A stretch of DNA of 64,000 nucleotides from Octopus sinensis (taxonomy: Eukaryota). Where the stretch lies: contig NC_043015.1 of assembly GCF_006345805.1 (NCBI RefSeq), forward strand, positions 18,724,001-18,788,000. The letters run 5' to 3'. This document shows, piece by piece, positions 1 through 12,329 of the stretch (its first letter is position 1; every line of letters starts with the position of its first letter). The notes under the pieces were generated by a model that saw nothing but the letters and a program-made list of their open reading frames with translations, did no database searches and was not told where the DNA came from. A program made the translations under genes and the position numbers.

Positions 1-917
1 TAGCAGAAAAAAAAAAGTTGTCAAGAGAAAAACTATTCGTGCTACCTTTTAAAGATTTCCTGCTGCTTCTTCGATTTCGCTAACCAGACAAAATAATTCA
101 ACAGAAAAAAATCTTCTTGGCAAAATATAAAAAGAAAATAATATTTTTTGTAATAATTATTTTATCTTTCAAACAGAACCTTTTCTTTAGGATAGAGGAA
201 AACATGCTATTCTATTTTGTTATGTTATTTTAATTAGCATCTTAGCACTAAATGCATTCCTGGAAAATTTGTTTACTTTTTGCGAGTTTTTTGTCTGTGA
301 ACTCTACTCATATTTGTTATCTTTCAACTTGATTACATACCCAATGGCTACATTAGATTGTCGGTTTGTGTTCTTGTTTATCATATGTTTCTTTTATGTT
401 GGTCAAACAAAAGCGAATGCATAGTTACCAGATTATGAAATACAATAGGATGGGGGAACAATATTTCATTGAAAAAAAAAAAAGAAGCAGATAAATATAA
501 ACGGAAATTTTCACATGAATATACATTGTTGAGTACATTGTTATACACACCTGTAGAAACAGACGTTCAGCTTCAGCTACTTTTCATAGCGTAAAGTATG
601 ATATCATTTTAGTATATTTATCTGGTCCTCGGCTTTTACAGAGACGTGCAAACAGGTTATATTTGATTATAATAATATTCACCAATTTCTGTCGATCACC
701 AGCGAACAGGATTTTCGTGAATGCAATCTTTTAACTCGCTTTCGATCACAATGGAAGTCAATTCCCTTCCTTAGCACAATTAGCATACTTGGGATATACA
801 TAAATTTCAAATCTTTCCATTTATGCGTAGTCAGAAAAAGCATTTTATGCGTAGTCAGAAAAAAGATATAAATTCTATAAAAAAAAGAAAACAATAAAAA
901 ATGATATATAAATTACT

Positions 918-1336
918 TATTTCTTTACTACCCACAAGGGGCTAAACACAGAGAGGACAACCAAGGAAAGACAAACGGATTAAGTCGATTATATCGATCC
1001 AGTGTGTAACTGGTACTTATTTAATCGACCCCGAAAGGATGAAAGGCAAAGTCGACCTTGGTGGAATTTGAACTCACAACGTAGCGGCAGACGAAATACC
1101 TATTTCTTTACTACCCATAAGGGGCTAAACACAGAGAGGACAAACAAGGACAGACAAACGGATTAAGTCGATTACATCGACCCCAGTGCGTAAATGGTAC
1201 TTATTTAATCGACCCCGAAAGGATAAAAGGCAAAGTCGACCTCGGCGGAATTTGAACTTCAGAACGTAGCGGCAGACGAAATACGGCTACGCATTTCGCC
1301 CGGTGTGCTAACGATTCTGCCAGCTCGCCGCCTTAA
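918..1336 (-). mobile_element. Two tandem copies of tRNA-derived SINE family 2 (head aaggcggcgagctggcagaatcg, central gcctttcatcctttcggggtcgat domain)
   Basis: Direct repeat of ~183 bp (918-1100, 1101 onward); reverse complement shows tRNA-like A/B boxes and the same body as copies at 1440, 10901, 50570, 56513. Confidence 0.8.
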
Positions 1337-1439
1337 TGATAAATAAATTACCTTCAGGGACCAATGCCACAAATTTATATGAAAATGAGAATTGATGTTG
1401 CACAATACTTGAAGCAAAATTACTATATATAATCCTTCC

Positions 1440-1649
1440 TGCTATCGACACAAGACCTGAAATTGTGGGGACGGGGAAAGTCAGTAGCATCGACCCCAGT
1501 GCTCGACAGGTATTTACTTTATCAACTCCTGAAAGAATGAAATGCAAAGTCAATCATGGCAGAATTTGAACACAGAGCGTATAGACGGACGAAATGCCGC
1601 TAAGCATTTTGTTCAGCGTGCTAATGATTCTGACAGCTCGTCGCCTTAA
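1440..1649 (-). mobile_element. SINE family 2, diverged copy
   Basis: Aligns by eye to 1101-1336 (atcgaccccagt...aaagtc...gaatttgaa...cagctcg.cgccttaa). Confidence 0.75.
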
Positions 1650-4600
1650 AATAAATAAACATAATGAAAATTGACAAGCTACAAATAAAATTGAATCGTG
1701 GTTTTGACTCGTTTGAAGAATAAATCTTTTTCTAACGCCTGCTTTAAAGTGGCAACGTATTGATTTCAAAAACATAAGTTCATACTTTTATATGTCAGCA
1801 AAGAAACTGCAACATTCATATATTTCACTAGTTGTTAATTAACAAACACAGCAAGGAAGAAAATTTGCAACTATAGTATATAACGAAACATATCTGCAAA
1901 GTTTTGTAGACTCAATGTTTGGCTCTTTACTCTTCATCGTTCAAAACTATTTTTTAACTTTGGTACAGGTCTGATGGACAGCAGAGGCTATTAAATTGAC
2001 TCAAATATAGTCATTGGCATTTTTATTTGTTGTGAATGAAAAAAGAAAATTTTTTAAAAATACAGCGATTGAAACAGTGACACGAAAATAAGTTCTATAA
2101 GTATACAGTCAATACCCTCTACTTTGTTTGATTACTTTCTGCTAGAAACAATTTCCAAATCTTTCTCAAATCTCATCCAACCATCTGAACAATATAGTTT
2201 CTAATAGAGAAAAGTGGGAAGGCCACGTTTGGACCACCTTTGATCATAAATCTATTTTATCAGGACTGAACTTGGCTCACTAATTTTTCCTTTGGCTCAA
2301 TAATAATTAAAAAACCTTATTGTCAATCCTGAAACAGATTAAATTTAAATACCTTTCCACCTTAAACACTTTTATGAAAATTTTAATACTACACGTTATA
2401 AGAGAATGGGATCCAACTACAACAGTTGATTTATGAATTATTTTGAGGACCATTTTCACGGGACCCACCTTGGTGCTTACAGTTGTTGCAGCGATGACTG
2501 TACACCTGCTCAACCCCAGTGTTTGTGATAACATCTATCCTGCTTTAGAATTCCCCTCTGCACATTGTACTGCCTTCGTTTTTGCTTACAACCTTTATTT
2601 CTTCATCCTGTCTTTTACAAACCTACCGAAACCTACTCCTATCTTGATTTCCCCGAAACTCAACTCATTCATTTATACTCACAATTCCTTCAACTCCAGG
2701 AACCGAGACTTTGTCTTGATGCTAAGTCGTATCAAATGATCTGGTACTTCCTGCAAGGATACTATCCACAACCATCCACCGCCGCCGCCACTTCTTTGCA
2801 GTCTAGCCGATATTGTGGACCATGCTTCCTTCACTTTTCGTCTAACGAAATCTCGATCCCATTCCTGCTGCATTGCCTATCACTTCTTTCATACTATCAC
2901 TACACAACTTGGTCTCAAGTCAAAGAAAATAAACAAGGCACATAGGAAAAACAAAAGACTGAACCTGCTGATGAAAGGGACTTTGAAGGGACGTGCAATA
3001 CAAAAAATAACCATGAAAGACACTGGGGAGGAGAGGGAATTCGTTGTCACACTATTCGATTATAGCTGTTCTCGAATTTTAAAGTTTACAGCTTAGATTG
3101 TTTTTCAGGTTGACGATGCAGTACACTTTAAAACGGTAAAAAAGACACACATATGTGTATAATTACATATGAAAATAAGTCCCACTCGTGGTATTTATCA
3201 AGAAAGTTCATTACTTCAGGAATACATTAGAGTCTCATACATTACATAGTGAATTCAAAATCTTTAACAGATTATTCGAAAAATTTGACAAGTAGATGTG
3301 TTGAAAAATTTAAAAATAGCAATCAATGGAAATTAGTCGAATGTGATTCGTTGATCAAAATTTTTGAACTATATAAAGAAGTGTTGGTGATACTGGAAGT
3401 CCTTAACAAAGCATATTTTACTCAGATTACAAAACTAAGGTTATGTATAGAAACCGAGGAAATGTAGTGTGTACGTATTGACATTGACTACATTACATTA
3501 TATTACATTATTATATTACATTATGGCTAAATGAAAATATTTCAAAGTGGCGTTCTGTAAACAAAATACACGTATGTTGGGAAATTACACATGTTTTACA
3601 GTGAGTTGAAAAGCTTCGATTAAATAAAATTATCAAAGTAATTTGTTGACTAAAGCCCCATTCAAGAAATGTTCAAATATCTAAAAATAATAAAGAAAGC
3701 TAACTCTAATATGATCAGTTGATTACAATTCTAGGCAATATAAACAAGGCAGGCTGGAGGGGATCTGGTCTTTAAAGCCAATTGGTGAAAGGAAAAATAT
3801 GTTTCTGTTTTATTAGACCTCTTCAGCTTTATTATTTTAATTGCCGATATTACTTTAGGTACTGACACAAGTTAATCGATATATACACAATATATTTTTG
3901 TGGCAGAAAAAAAGATAATTTGGCACCTACCTTAGAAACTTTTGTCAGAAAAATATTAAAGAAATTAAATCAGAGTGAGTGTAAGATAGGTCTCTAAAGC
4001 AATTACGTCTTACAAATATTATCTTTTTGAAGTGCGTAGGAAATGGAAATGGAGAAATTTCCGAAATATCTTGTGTTCATTAGCAAATTGGTAAATATCT
4101 ATTTTAGTCTGAGTTTCAAACACACATACGCGCGCACACACACGCACGCACACACACAAAACGAAAGCAAACATTAAAATAAAGAATAAAGAAAATAATG
4201 TATGACAAATATGACTGATAGAGAATATAATGGTAGATGTTTTTCTTTATAAATTTTTAGTTAAAATCATTATTTTATGATATTTCTCACAATTTGGCAA
4301 TTAGGAACAAGTTCACTTGATGTCATGACATATTTCTGTACATATTTCCTTGCATTTTTTTCTCTAAACATAGAATTTATAATATTTATTGCTATTTCTC
4401 ACTGGTATCTAGACAAGCAAACTATCATGTGACCAGAACCAATGCTTAGTAATATATTATAACAAGCACGTCTCTAGAAAAATCAATATGTATGTAAATA
4501 ATGATATTAAAATATAAAAAGAATGCTTCTGTGATTTATCACTTCAGTTTTCTACAATATTTGCTTTAATCTTACAAAGATCAATATTTTTCTTAGAAAT

Positions 4601-4935
4601 TGCTGACTTTATAAAAAACGCATGAAGTTGTATTTCACAAGGAGAATATCTTTCAGGTGTAACCGTTAAGTTATTACACTATTTTGTTTTGTAAACTTTG
4701 CATTTAAAGCAGGTATCGAAAACAAAAGTCATTCTAAATGATACGGTAAAATTCAGCTTTCAAAGAAACTAGCAAAGGCCAGTACCAGTTACAATTAGAA
4801 GAGATCGTGGATGAATACTTTGATGAGTTCAGTTTTCTCAATGAGTTAAGAATCTTAAATTTCGTCTCAATGAGTAAGAAAAGAGAGAAAAGAGCATCGT
4901 CGCATAGATTGTACGTAAATAATCTTTTCTAGATG

Positions 4936-5090
4936 TAGGCGTGGCTGTGTGGTAAGAACCTTGGCCCCCTCCAACACATGGTTCAGGGGTCAATCCCACT
5001 ACGTGGCACCTTGGACAAGTGTCTTCTGCTATAGCCTCAGGCCGACCAAGGCCTTGTGAGTGGATTTGGTAGATGGAAACTGAAAGAAGT
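4936..5090 (+). mobile_element. SINE family 1 (tRNA head + ggcaccttgggcaagtgtcttct core), 5' half; remainder resumes near 8215-8262
   Basis: Matches the 5' half of the full copy at 16505-16908; the 3' half start (gtctgtgtttgtctcccca) reappears after the tandem array. Confidence 0.75.
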
Positions 5091-5375
5091 AGTATATACA
5101 TACATACATACGTACATATATATATATATATATACATACATATATATATATATATGGCTTGTGTTAGTAATACCAGCGATTATAATTATTTCTTTATTTT
5201 ATCGCAATTTGATTTGTTTACATATTTCTCGATAAATTATGAGCGCCAGGCGATATACCAGAATTCCCTAGCGTTGTCGGGACGTTCGGAGTCTGCGCAG
5301 TGATATGATTAGTTAGGAAGAGTAACTCATTAGACGCACATGCTTCTAGTGAGTTAGGATCCCAGAAAAACAGGG

Positions 5376-5446
5376 TCTCACTGATGATTCTCCCTGGGCA
5401 AATAAATTATCTTGTTTGCTAAATAGAAAGAAACTGCAGTCTGAGA
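5376..5446 (+). ncRNA. Type I hammerhead ribozyme, array A copy 1
   Basis: tctca-CTGATGA-(stem II)-GAAA-ctgcag-TC-tgaga; predicted GUC cleavage after 5441; one A fewer after CTGATGA than the other copies. Confidence 0.7.
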
Positions 5447-5773
5447 ATTTTCCGGTTTAGTAAATGTTTTTATCTTCATTTCACTTAATTTATCAAGCTT
5501 CTGTATTCCTAGCACATATTTCGCCTTAATGTACTGATATATGAAAAATATATGGCTTGTGTTAGTAATACCAGCGATTATAATTATTTCTTTATTTTAT
5601 CGCAATTTGATTTGTTTACATATTTCTCGATAAATTATGAGCGCCAGGCGATATACCAGAATTCCCTAGTGTTGTCGGGACGTTCGGAGTCTGCGCAGTG
5701 ATATGATTAGTTAGGAAGAGTAACTCATTAGACGCACATGCTTCTAGTGAGTTAGGATCCCAGAAAAACAGGG

Positions 5774-5845
5774 TCTCACTGATGAATTCTCCCTGGGCAA
5801 ATAAATTATCTTGTTTGCTAAATAGAAAGAAACTGCAGTCTGAGA
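5774..5845 (+). ncRNA. Type I hammerhead ribozyme, array A copy 2
   Basis: Stem I tctca/tgaga, core CUGAUGA, stem II uucu/agaa plus gcaaauaa/uuguuugc hairpin, GAAA, palindromic stem III ACUGCAGU, GUC site ending at 5840. Confidence 0.75.
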
Positions 5846-6171
5846 ATTTTCCGGTTTAGTAAATGTTTTTATCTTCATTTCACTTAATTTATCAAGCTTC
5901 TGTATTCCTAGCACATATTTCGCCTTAATGTACTGATATATGAAAAAATATGGCTTGTGTTAGTAATACCAGCGATTATAATTATTTCTTTATTTTATCG
6001 CAATTTGATTTGTTTACATATTTCTCGATAAATTATGAGCGCCAGGCGATATACCAGAATTCCCTAGTGTTGTCGGGACGTTCGGAGTCTGCGCAGTGAT
6101 ATGATTAGTTAGGAAGAGTAACTCATTAGACGCACATGCTTCTAGTGAGTTAGGATCCCAGAAAAACAGGG

Positions 6172-6242
6172 TCTCACTGATGAATTCTCCCTGGGCAAAT
6201 AAATTATCTTGTTGCTAAATAGAAAGAAACTGCAGTCTGAGA
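6172..6242 (+). ncRNA. Type I hammerhead ribozyme, array A copy 3
   Basis: Same motif; GUC ends at 6237. Confidence 0.75.
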
Positions 6243-6569
6243 ATTTTCCGGTTTAGTAAATGTTTTTATCTTCATTTCACTTAATTTATCAAGCTTCTGT
6301 ATTCCTAGCACATATTTCGCCTTAATGTACTGATATATGAAAAATATATGGCTTGTGTTAGTAATACCAGCGATTATAATTATTTCTTTATTTTATCGCA
6401 ATTTGATTTGTTTACATATTTCTCGATAAATTATGAGCGCCAGGCGATATACCAGAATTCCCTAGTGGTGTCGGGACGTTCGGAGTCTGCGCAGTGATAT
6501 GATTAGTTAGGAAGAGTAACTCATTAGACGCACATGCTTCTAGTGAGTTAGGATCCCAGAAAAACAGGG

Positions 6570-6641
6570 TCTCACTGATGAATTCTCCCTGGGCAAATAA
6601 ATTATCTTGTTTGCTAAATAGAAAGAAACTGCAGTCTGAGA
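6570..6641 (+). ncRNA. Type I hammerhead ribozyme, array A copy 4
   Basis: Same motif; GUC ends at 6636. Confidence 0.75.
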
Positions 6642-6967
6642 ATTTTCCGGTTTAGTAAATGTTTTTATCTTCATTTCACTTAATTTATCAAGCTTCTGTA
6701 TTCCTAGCACATATTTCGCCTTAATGTACTGATATATGAAAAATATATGGCTTGTGTTAGTAATACCAGCGATTATAATTATTTCTTTATTTTATCGCAA
6801 TTTGATTTGTTTACATATTTCTCGATAAATTATGAGCGCCAGGCGATATACCAGAATTCCCTAGTGTTGTCGGGACGTTCGAGTCTGCGCAGTGATATGA
6901 TTAGTTAGGAAGAGTAACTCATTAGACGCACATGCTTCTAGTGAGTTAGGATCCCAGAAAAACAGGG

Positions 6968-7039
6968 TCTCACTGATGAATTCTCCCTGGGCAAATAAAT
7001 TATCTTGTTTGCTAAATAGAAAGAAACTGCAGTCTGAGA
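6968..7039 (+). ncRNA. Type I hammerhead ribozyme, array A copy 5
   Basis: Same motif; GUC ends at 7034. Confidence 0.75.
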
Positions 7040-7365
7040 ATTTTCCGGTTTAGTAAATGTTTTTATCTTCATTTCACTTAATTTATCAAGCTTCTGTATT
7101 CCTAGCACATATTTCGCCTTAATGTACTGATATATGAAAAATATATGGCTTGTGTTAGTAATACCAGCGATTATAATTATTTTTTATTTATCGCAATTTG
7201 ATTTGTTTACATATTTCTCGATAAATTATGAGCGCCAGGCGATATACCAGAATTCCCTAGTGTTGTCGGGACGTTCGGAGTCTGCGCAGTGATATGATTA
7301 GTTAGGAGAGAGTAACTCATTAGACGCACATGCTTCTAGTGAGTTAGGATCCCAGAAAAACAGGG

Positions 7366-7440
7366 TCTCACTGATGAATTCTCCCTGGGCAAATAAATTA
7401 TCTTGTTTGCTAAATAGAAAGAAACTGCAGCAGTCTGAGA
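7366..7440 (+). ncRNA. Type I hammerhead ribozyme, array A copy 6 (stem III variant)
   Basis: GAAA-ctgcagcag-TC; extra cag; GUC ends at 7435. Confidence 0.72.
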
Positions 7441-7766
7441 ATTTTCCGGTTTAGTAAATGTTTTTATCTTCATTTCACTTAATTTATCAAGCTTCTGTAT
7501 TCCTAGCACATATTTCGCCTTAATGTACTGATATATGAAAAATATATGGCTTGTGTTAGTAATACCAGCGATTATAATTATTTCTTTATTTTATCGCAAT
7601 TTGATTTGTTTACATATTTCTCGATAAATTATGAGCGCCAGGCGATATACCAGAATTCCCTAGTGTTGTCGGGACGTTCGGAGTCTGCGCAGTGATATGA
7701 TTAGTTAGGAAGAGTAACTCATTAGACGCACTGCTTCTAGTGAGTTAGGATCCCAGAAAAACAGGG

Positions 7767-7838
7767 TCTCACTGATGAATTCTCCCTGGGCAAATAAATT
7801 ATCTTGGTTGCTAAATAGAAAGAAACTGCAGTCTGAGA
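7767..7838 (+). ncRNA. Type I hammerhead ribozyme, array A copy 7
   Basis: Same motif; GUC ends at 7833. Confidence 0.72.
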
Positions 7839-8271
7839 ATTTTCGGTTTAGTAAATGTTTTTATCTTCATTTCACTTATTTATCAAGCTTCTGTATTCCT
7901 AGCACATATTTCGCCTTAATGTACTGATATATGAAAAATATATGGCTTGTGTTAGTAATACCAGCGATTATAATTATTTCTTTATTTTATCGCAATTTGA
8001 TTTGTTTATATATATATATATTATATATTATATAAAAATATGTAAATATATGCATATAGACATACATATATGTACATACCTACATATATATGTATATATA
8101 CATGCATATATGGGTACAGGACATAAAAAAAAACGTTAAACACAATGAGAAACGAGACATGCAATATAAAGAATATTCCCCTCCATCAGTTGTCCCTGTT
8201 TCATCTACTCCGCGTTATGTATATATTTGTGCGTCTGTGTTTGTCTCCCCACCAATAATTGATATGCAGTA

Positions 8272-8301
<30 letters not shown>

Positions 8302-8305
<4 letters not shown>

Positions 8306-10725
8306 GAGAATTCTCAAAAAACAAGACGAAGACAGGTGGTGTAGACAACAAACAGTTGTATTAGTATAATGCTCGAGAAGTGAAAAAGTCTTTAACGTTT
8401 CGAGCCTACGCTCTTTCACAGAACACAGAAAGTAACAAGGAGAGAAAATAAAGAATGTGTAGTGGCTAGCGATCTATCATGGCGAATACCGGATAGAAGA
8501 GTCACACAGGAGAGCTAGGGAGAAGGGGAGATAATTATGTAGTGGTGATCCCAAAACGAAAGTGCGCGTGGGTATGTATAAAAGAGTTTGTATGTGCGTG
8601 TGGAAGAGGGGTGGTGATCTTGACGTGCGCGCGTGTGTATGTATATTGTATGAAAAGTGGGTCTGGAAAGTTGCCAGTGCTGATGTGTGCGTGGTGGTGT
8701 GTTGTGATGTGATGTGTTGTGTTGTCATGTGATGTGTTATGTGGTATGGTGGTGTAAGGTGTAGTGGTGTGTGGCGTGGTGTGATGGTGTTGGGAGGTGG
8801 GGAGGCGAGAGTGGGGAAAGCAAGGGTGGGGTGTGGGTTAGGCTGAGGGTGGGGTTTGTGGGACTGGGTGTAAGGGATGGGGTGGAGTGGGATGGGGAAG
8901 GATAGGGAAGGTTGGGGTGGAATGTGTAGGGGCGGGGTGAGCTTACGAGGGGGGTGACGATGAAGTGGGGAAAGAGAAGGCGGGTAGGAGTGAAGAGAAG
9001 AGAGGAGAGTAGGATTGAAGAGAAGAAGTATGAGTCGGAACAAGAGAGGAGAGGTGGGTGAGAGAAAGTAGGTGTGAGAGGAGAGAGGCGAGTAGAGGAG
9101 GTTAGATGAAGAGGGGAGGAGAGTTGAGCCCATGTGGGGCAAATGAGCGAAGAGAGAAGATTAATCCCTGTTCACGGCTCAAACGGGAGTCCAGATGGCC
9201 CCTGTGCAAGGACAATCCGAACACGGACAGGTGTTGCAAAGAGTGACCGGTAGAACGGAAATGGCGCGAGACCAGGGTGTCATTGCCGAGTTGGATGTCT
9301 CGGTTCCGCGAACCGGTCAACCAAGTGGTGTCCCGTTTGCCCGATATATAGAGAAGGGCAGAGAGAGCAGGAGATGCAGTAGATGATATTGGTAGACGTG
9401 CAGGTGAGGGAGTCGGTGATGTGAGAGGGCCGATGATGGGTGTTGTGAGGACGGTGGTGTTGGAGAGGTAAGGGCAAGTGCGGCAGTGTGGTCAGGAGCA
9501 GGGGAACGAGCCGGGTTGGAAGGTTGGGTTACGGAAGAAGCTATGGACCAAGAGGTCTCGTAGGTTGTGGGCTCGTTTGAAGGAGGGCCTCAACGTAGCC
9601 AACGAACAGGTTCGCATAGTTGGGGCCCATTCTCGTTCCTATGGCCACTCCTGAGAGATCTGCTGGTAGAAATCATCCGCGAACGAGAAGCAGTTGAGTG
9701 AGAGGACAAGATCGCCAGACGAACGGGTGTGGATGTGTCAGGTTGGAGGTTGGGTCGAAGGTCAAAGAAATGTTGGAGTGCACGCAGCCCCTCGTGGTGA
9801 GGGATCACCGTGTAAAGGTTCTGGATGTCGAGGGTGAAGAGAAGTTTAGAGGAGCCAGGAAGGAAGGAGAAATAGTTGAACAAACGAAGCGCGTGGCTGG
9901 TGTCATGGATTTGAGAGGGGAGAGAAGCTACTAGGGGTAAGGACACGGTCAAGATATCTGGAGATGAGTTCGGTAGGGCAGTTGCAGGCGGAGACGATGG
10001 GGTGACCAGGGTTGTTAGGCTTGTGGATTTTGGGGTGGTAGTAAATGGTGGGGGTGCGAGGGGTGCGGACAATGAGGTTGGATGCGGTGGGGGAGACGGG
10101 AGGAGATGAGGTCACGGATAGTGGAGGACACAGTCTGTTGGTAGCTGGGCGTGGGGTCAGAGAGCAGTAGAAGGAGGTGTCTTGGAGTTGGCCTTGTAGA
10201 GATCAGCGCGCCACACCACCACGGTTCCACCCTTGTCGGCCGGTTTTATGATGATGTCACTGCGGCGTCGGAGACATCGAAGGGCCGAGAGCTCGGCTGA
10301 GGAGATGTTTAGATGATCGGACGCCAGGAAATGTTAAACCGGTCCACAGCGCGTTGGCAGGCGCTCGCAAAAATATCGACTGCTTGGAACTGGCCAGGAG
10401 CTGGAGTCCACTGGGATGGTTGGCGGCCCATGTCGGTGAAGCAGTCCTCATTAGAAGCAGGTGGAGTGTCGCGGAAAAGCGTACACAACCTAACACGGTG
10501 CACAAAGCTGTGGATATCGGCACGAGTCCGAAATTCGTTGCTGGATGGATTGAGGGGGATGAGACGCAGACTCCTACTGAGGAGGGAGCGCTCTGCCCCA
10601 GAGAGAGAGAGGAAGATCTGGAGGAATGGTAACAACAGCCTGAAGTGGAGAAGGGGTGGATGGGATTGAAGTAGGAGGGGTGGATGGGATAAAAGTAGGA
10701 GGGAGAAAAAGTAAGAAAGAAAAGT
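8302..10725 (-). mobile_element. Neptune-type Penelope-like element, 5'-truncated, frameshifted, ~0.6 kb internal deletion; pLTR at ~8302-8560
   Basis: Minus-strand RT motifs (DKGG, PKIHKPNNPGHPIVSACNCPT, DIQNLYTVIPH, MGPNYANLFVG) and GIY-YIG (IIYCISCSLCPSLYIGQTG). Compared with the copy at 23.6-28.6 kb, the segment equivalent to ~25038-25652 is missing at ~9586. Confidence 0.9.
8389..8424 (-). ncRNA. Degenerate minimal hammerhead in Neptune pLTR
   Basis: Minus strand CTGTGAA-a-gagc-gtag-gctc-GAAA-cg-tt-aaag; weak stem I. Confidence 0.45.
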
Positions 10726-10900
10726 CAGTTTATTCAGCATAAAATGTTTGCTGCTTCGAAAATCCTTCCCTTTCAAGAACCTAAGAGGATTGGCTTTTTG
10801 CGGTGTGATCAGAATATAAAATTCACTTCAACAATATAATTGGTTTTCGTATCCTTGTGTGAGTTTAGGAAACACGCATTAGGAAGCATGTCTCATTCAA

Positions 10901-11110
10901 AGGCGGCGAGCTGGCAGAATTGTTGGCACGCCATTCAAAATACTTAGCGGCATTTCGTCCATCTTGACCCACTGAGTTAACTCCCGCCGTGAACGATTTT
11001 GCCTTTCATCTTTTTGGGGTCAATAAAATAAGTAGTAGTTGAGTCCTGGGGTCGATGTAAACGACTATTCCCCCTCCTTCAAAATTTCAGGCATTGTGTC
11101 TATAGTAGAA
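10901..11110 (+). mobile_element. SINE family 2
   Basis: aaggcggcgagctggcagaat head; gcctttcatctttttggggtcaataaaataagta core. Confidence 0.75.
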
Positions 11111-12329
11111 AAGATTATTGAATCTCATTCAATTTATATTGAAAAACATTTTTTATAACTGTTGAAATTTTTGTCTGCAATCCTGTATTATCTGGAAGCA
11201 GTTTTACTTAAGAATTGGTCAGAGTCATTAACACTAGAATTCCAGTGCAATCAGAGACCAAAGTATTCATCTTATTGGTTATATGTTGTGGATAGCTTTT
11301 ATTAACTAAGTGACATACTTATGGCCGGTAATAGTTGTAGTGAGGGCAGCGGAGTGAGTAGGTATGGAACGGAAAGCATTTGAATCTCAATTTTCAACAA
11401 TGTGTTTATCTCCGTGTTAGGCAAACTTTATGAAACATATGTACAAAGTGTGATTGTGGATTGTAGGGACACATGTACAATAGATGAAGAGAAATATGTA
11501 CTGTTTCCTCCATTGCATTTAAAGAGCATAGTTAGAGAACAGTTGGGATATAAATGAATAAGCTGATGGCTGCAAGAAGACAGTCGCAATGGTGTACTCA
11601 GTTGATAAATTACACCTGCGGGATATAAAAGAGTATTGTTTATTGACAATGGAATGTATTCAAGACATACGAAAACTAAACCAAGAATCCGACATGATAA
11701 GAGTCAAAGAAAATATGATGCAATACTGCAGACCTGTGCAACTAATACCAGCATAGAAAATAGGACGACAAAATGACCACGATTAACCACTTCTTTCATT
11801 CCAATTTTCTTGCAAATTCTTATCAACAGTCTTGAATACCTTAGAGTCATCAAGCAAACGATTGTATATAATTTCAATTAATCAATTCCATATTAATAAT
11901 TTTAATTGTTTATTAATGAAGTTAGAGCTTGGTCAACTGAATTCAAGGAAATTATAGAATTCCCAATCGAATACACGTTGTCTCAAACACTTGAAAACTG
12001 TTCTGTTCCTTTAGGACTTCAAAATAACTTATACGCAGGAATAACTATCCATTGATTGGTAAATGTGTTGATGCACAACTCCGTCAACTCCGTCTGTTCT
12101 GTTGCAGAAGTTTTGCAACATAATCATTTTGACTGACAAAGTTTGTCCTTAAACTTTTTTGTGTATTATTGAATCAGTAAGGAGAATATTTCCACAGCAC
12201 ACAGAATAATATAGAAAATGATAAGGTTTCTTGATTACATCTTTTGATTAAATCATACGCACAGGAGATCAGTTCGGTCTTCTTCTCCATTGATAACACA
12301 GGCGTACAAAATATATTTTCTCTATTCTC

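Larger units (their letters stand above)
5153..8007 (+). mobile_element. Tandem array of ~399-bp non-coding units (7 complete + ~66 bp), each with a type I hammerhead: candidate non-LTR retrozyme family A
   Basis: Unit starts at 5153, 5551, 5949, 6347, 6746, 7144, 7545, 7941; near-identical copies; (TA)n on both flanks; one HHR per unit. Confidence 0.85.

Noticed and set aside
2300-3100. Overlapping short ORFs, including a CNNCKHQG knuckle-like string
   Set aside because: Interrupted by stops, with no complete CCHC or other recognisable domain.
3785-3832. Minus-strand aaag-CTGAAGA...GAAA...cttt
   Set aside because: Stems II and III do not pair; compatible with chance.
5153-8007. Array A as a CRISPR array, rDNA or protein-coding repeat
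   Set aside because: Whole 399-bp units repeat without unique spacers; no rRNA similarity recognised; the longest ORF is trivial.
8108-8200. caaCTGATGA-hairpin motif in a small repeat (minus strand here; plus-strand homolog at ~62870-63035)
   Set aside because: No GAAA or stem III follows, so it is not a hammerhead as it stands.
8477-9142. Long P/H/T/S/L-rich ORFs in PLE 3' regions (also 29107-30286 and 24209-24581)
   Set aside because: Produced by low-complexity purine/pyrimidine and CA tracts; not protein-like.
11420-12230. Coding-like AT-rich stretches with stops (also ~55400-55600 and ~56700-57120)
   Set aside because: No recognisable domain and many stops; cannot be distinguished from old repeat debris without a search.
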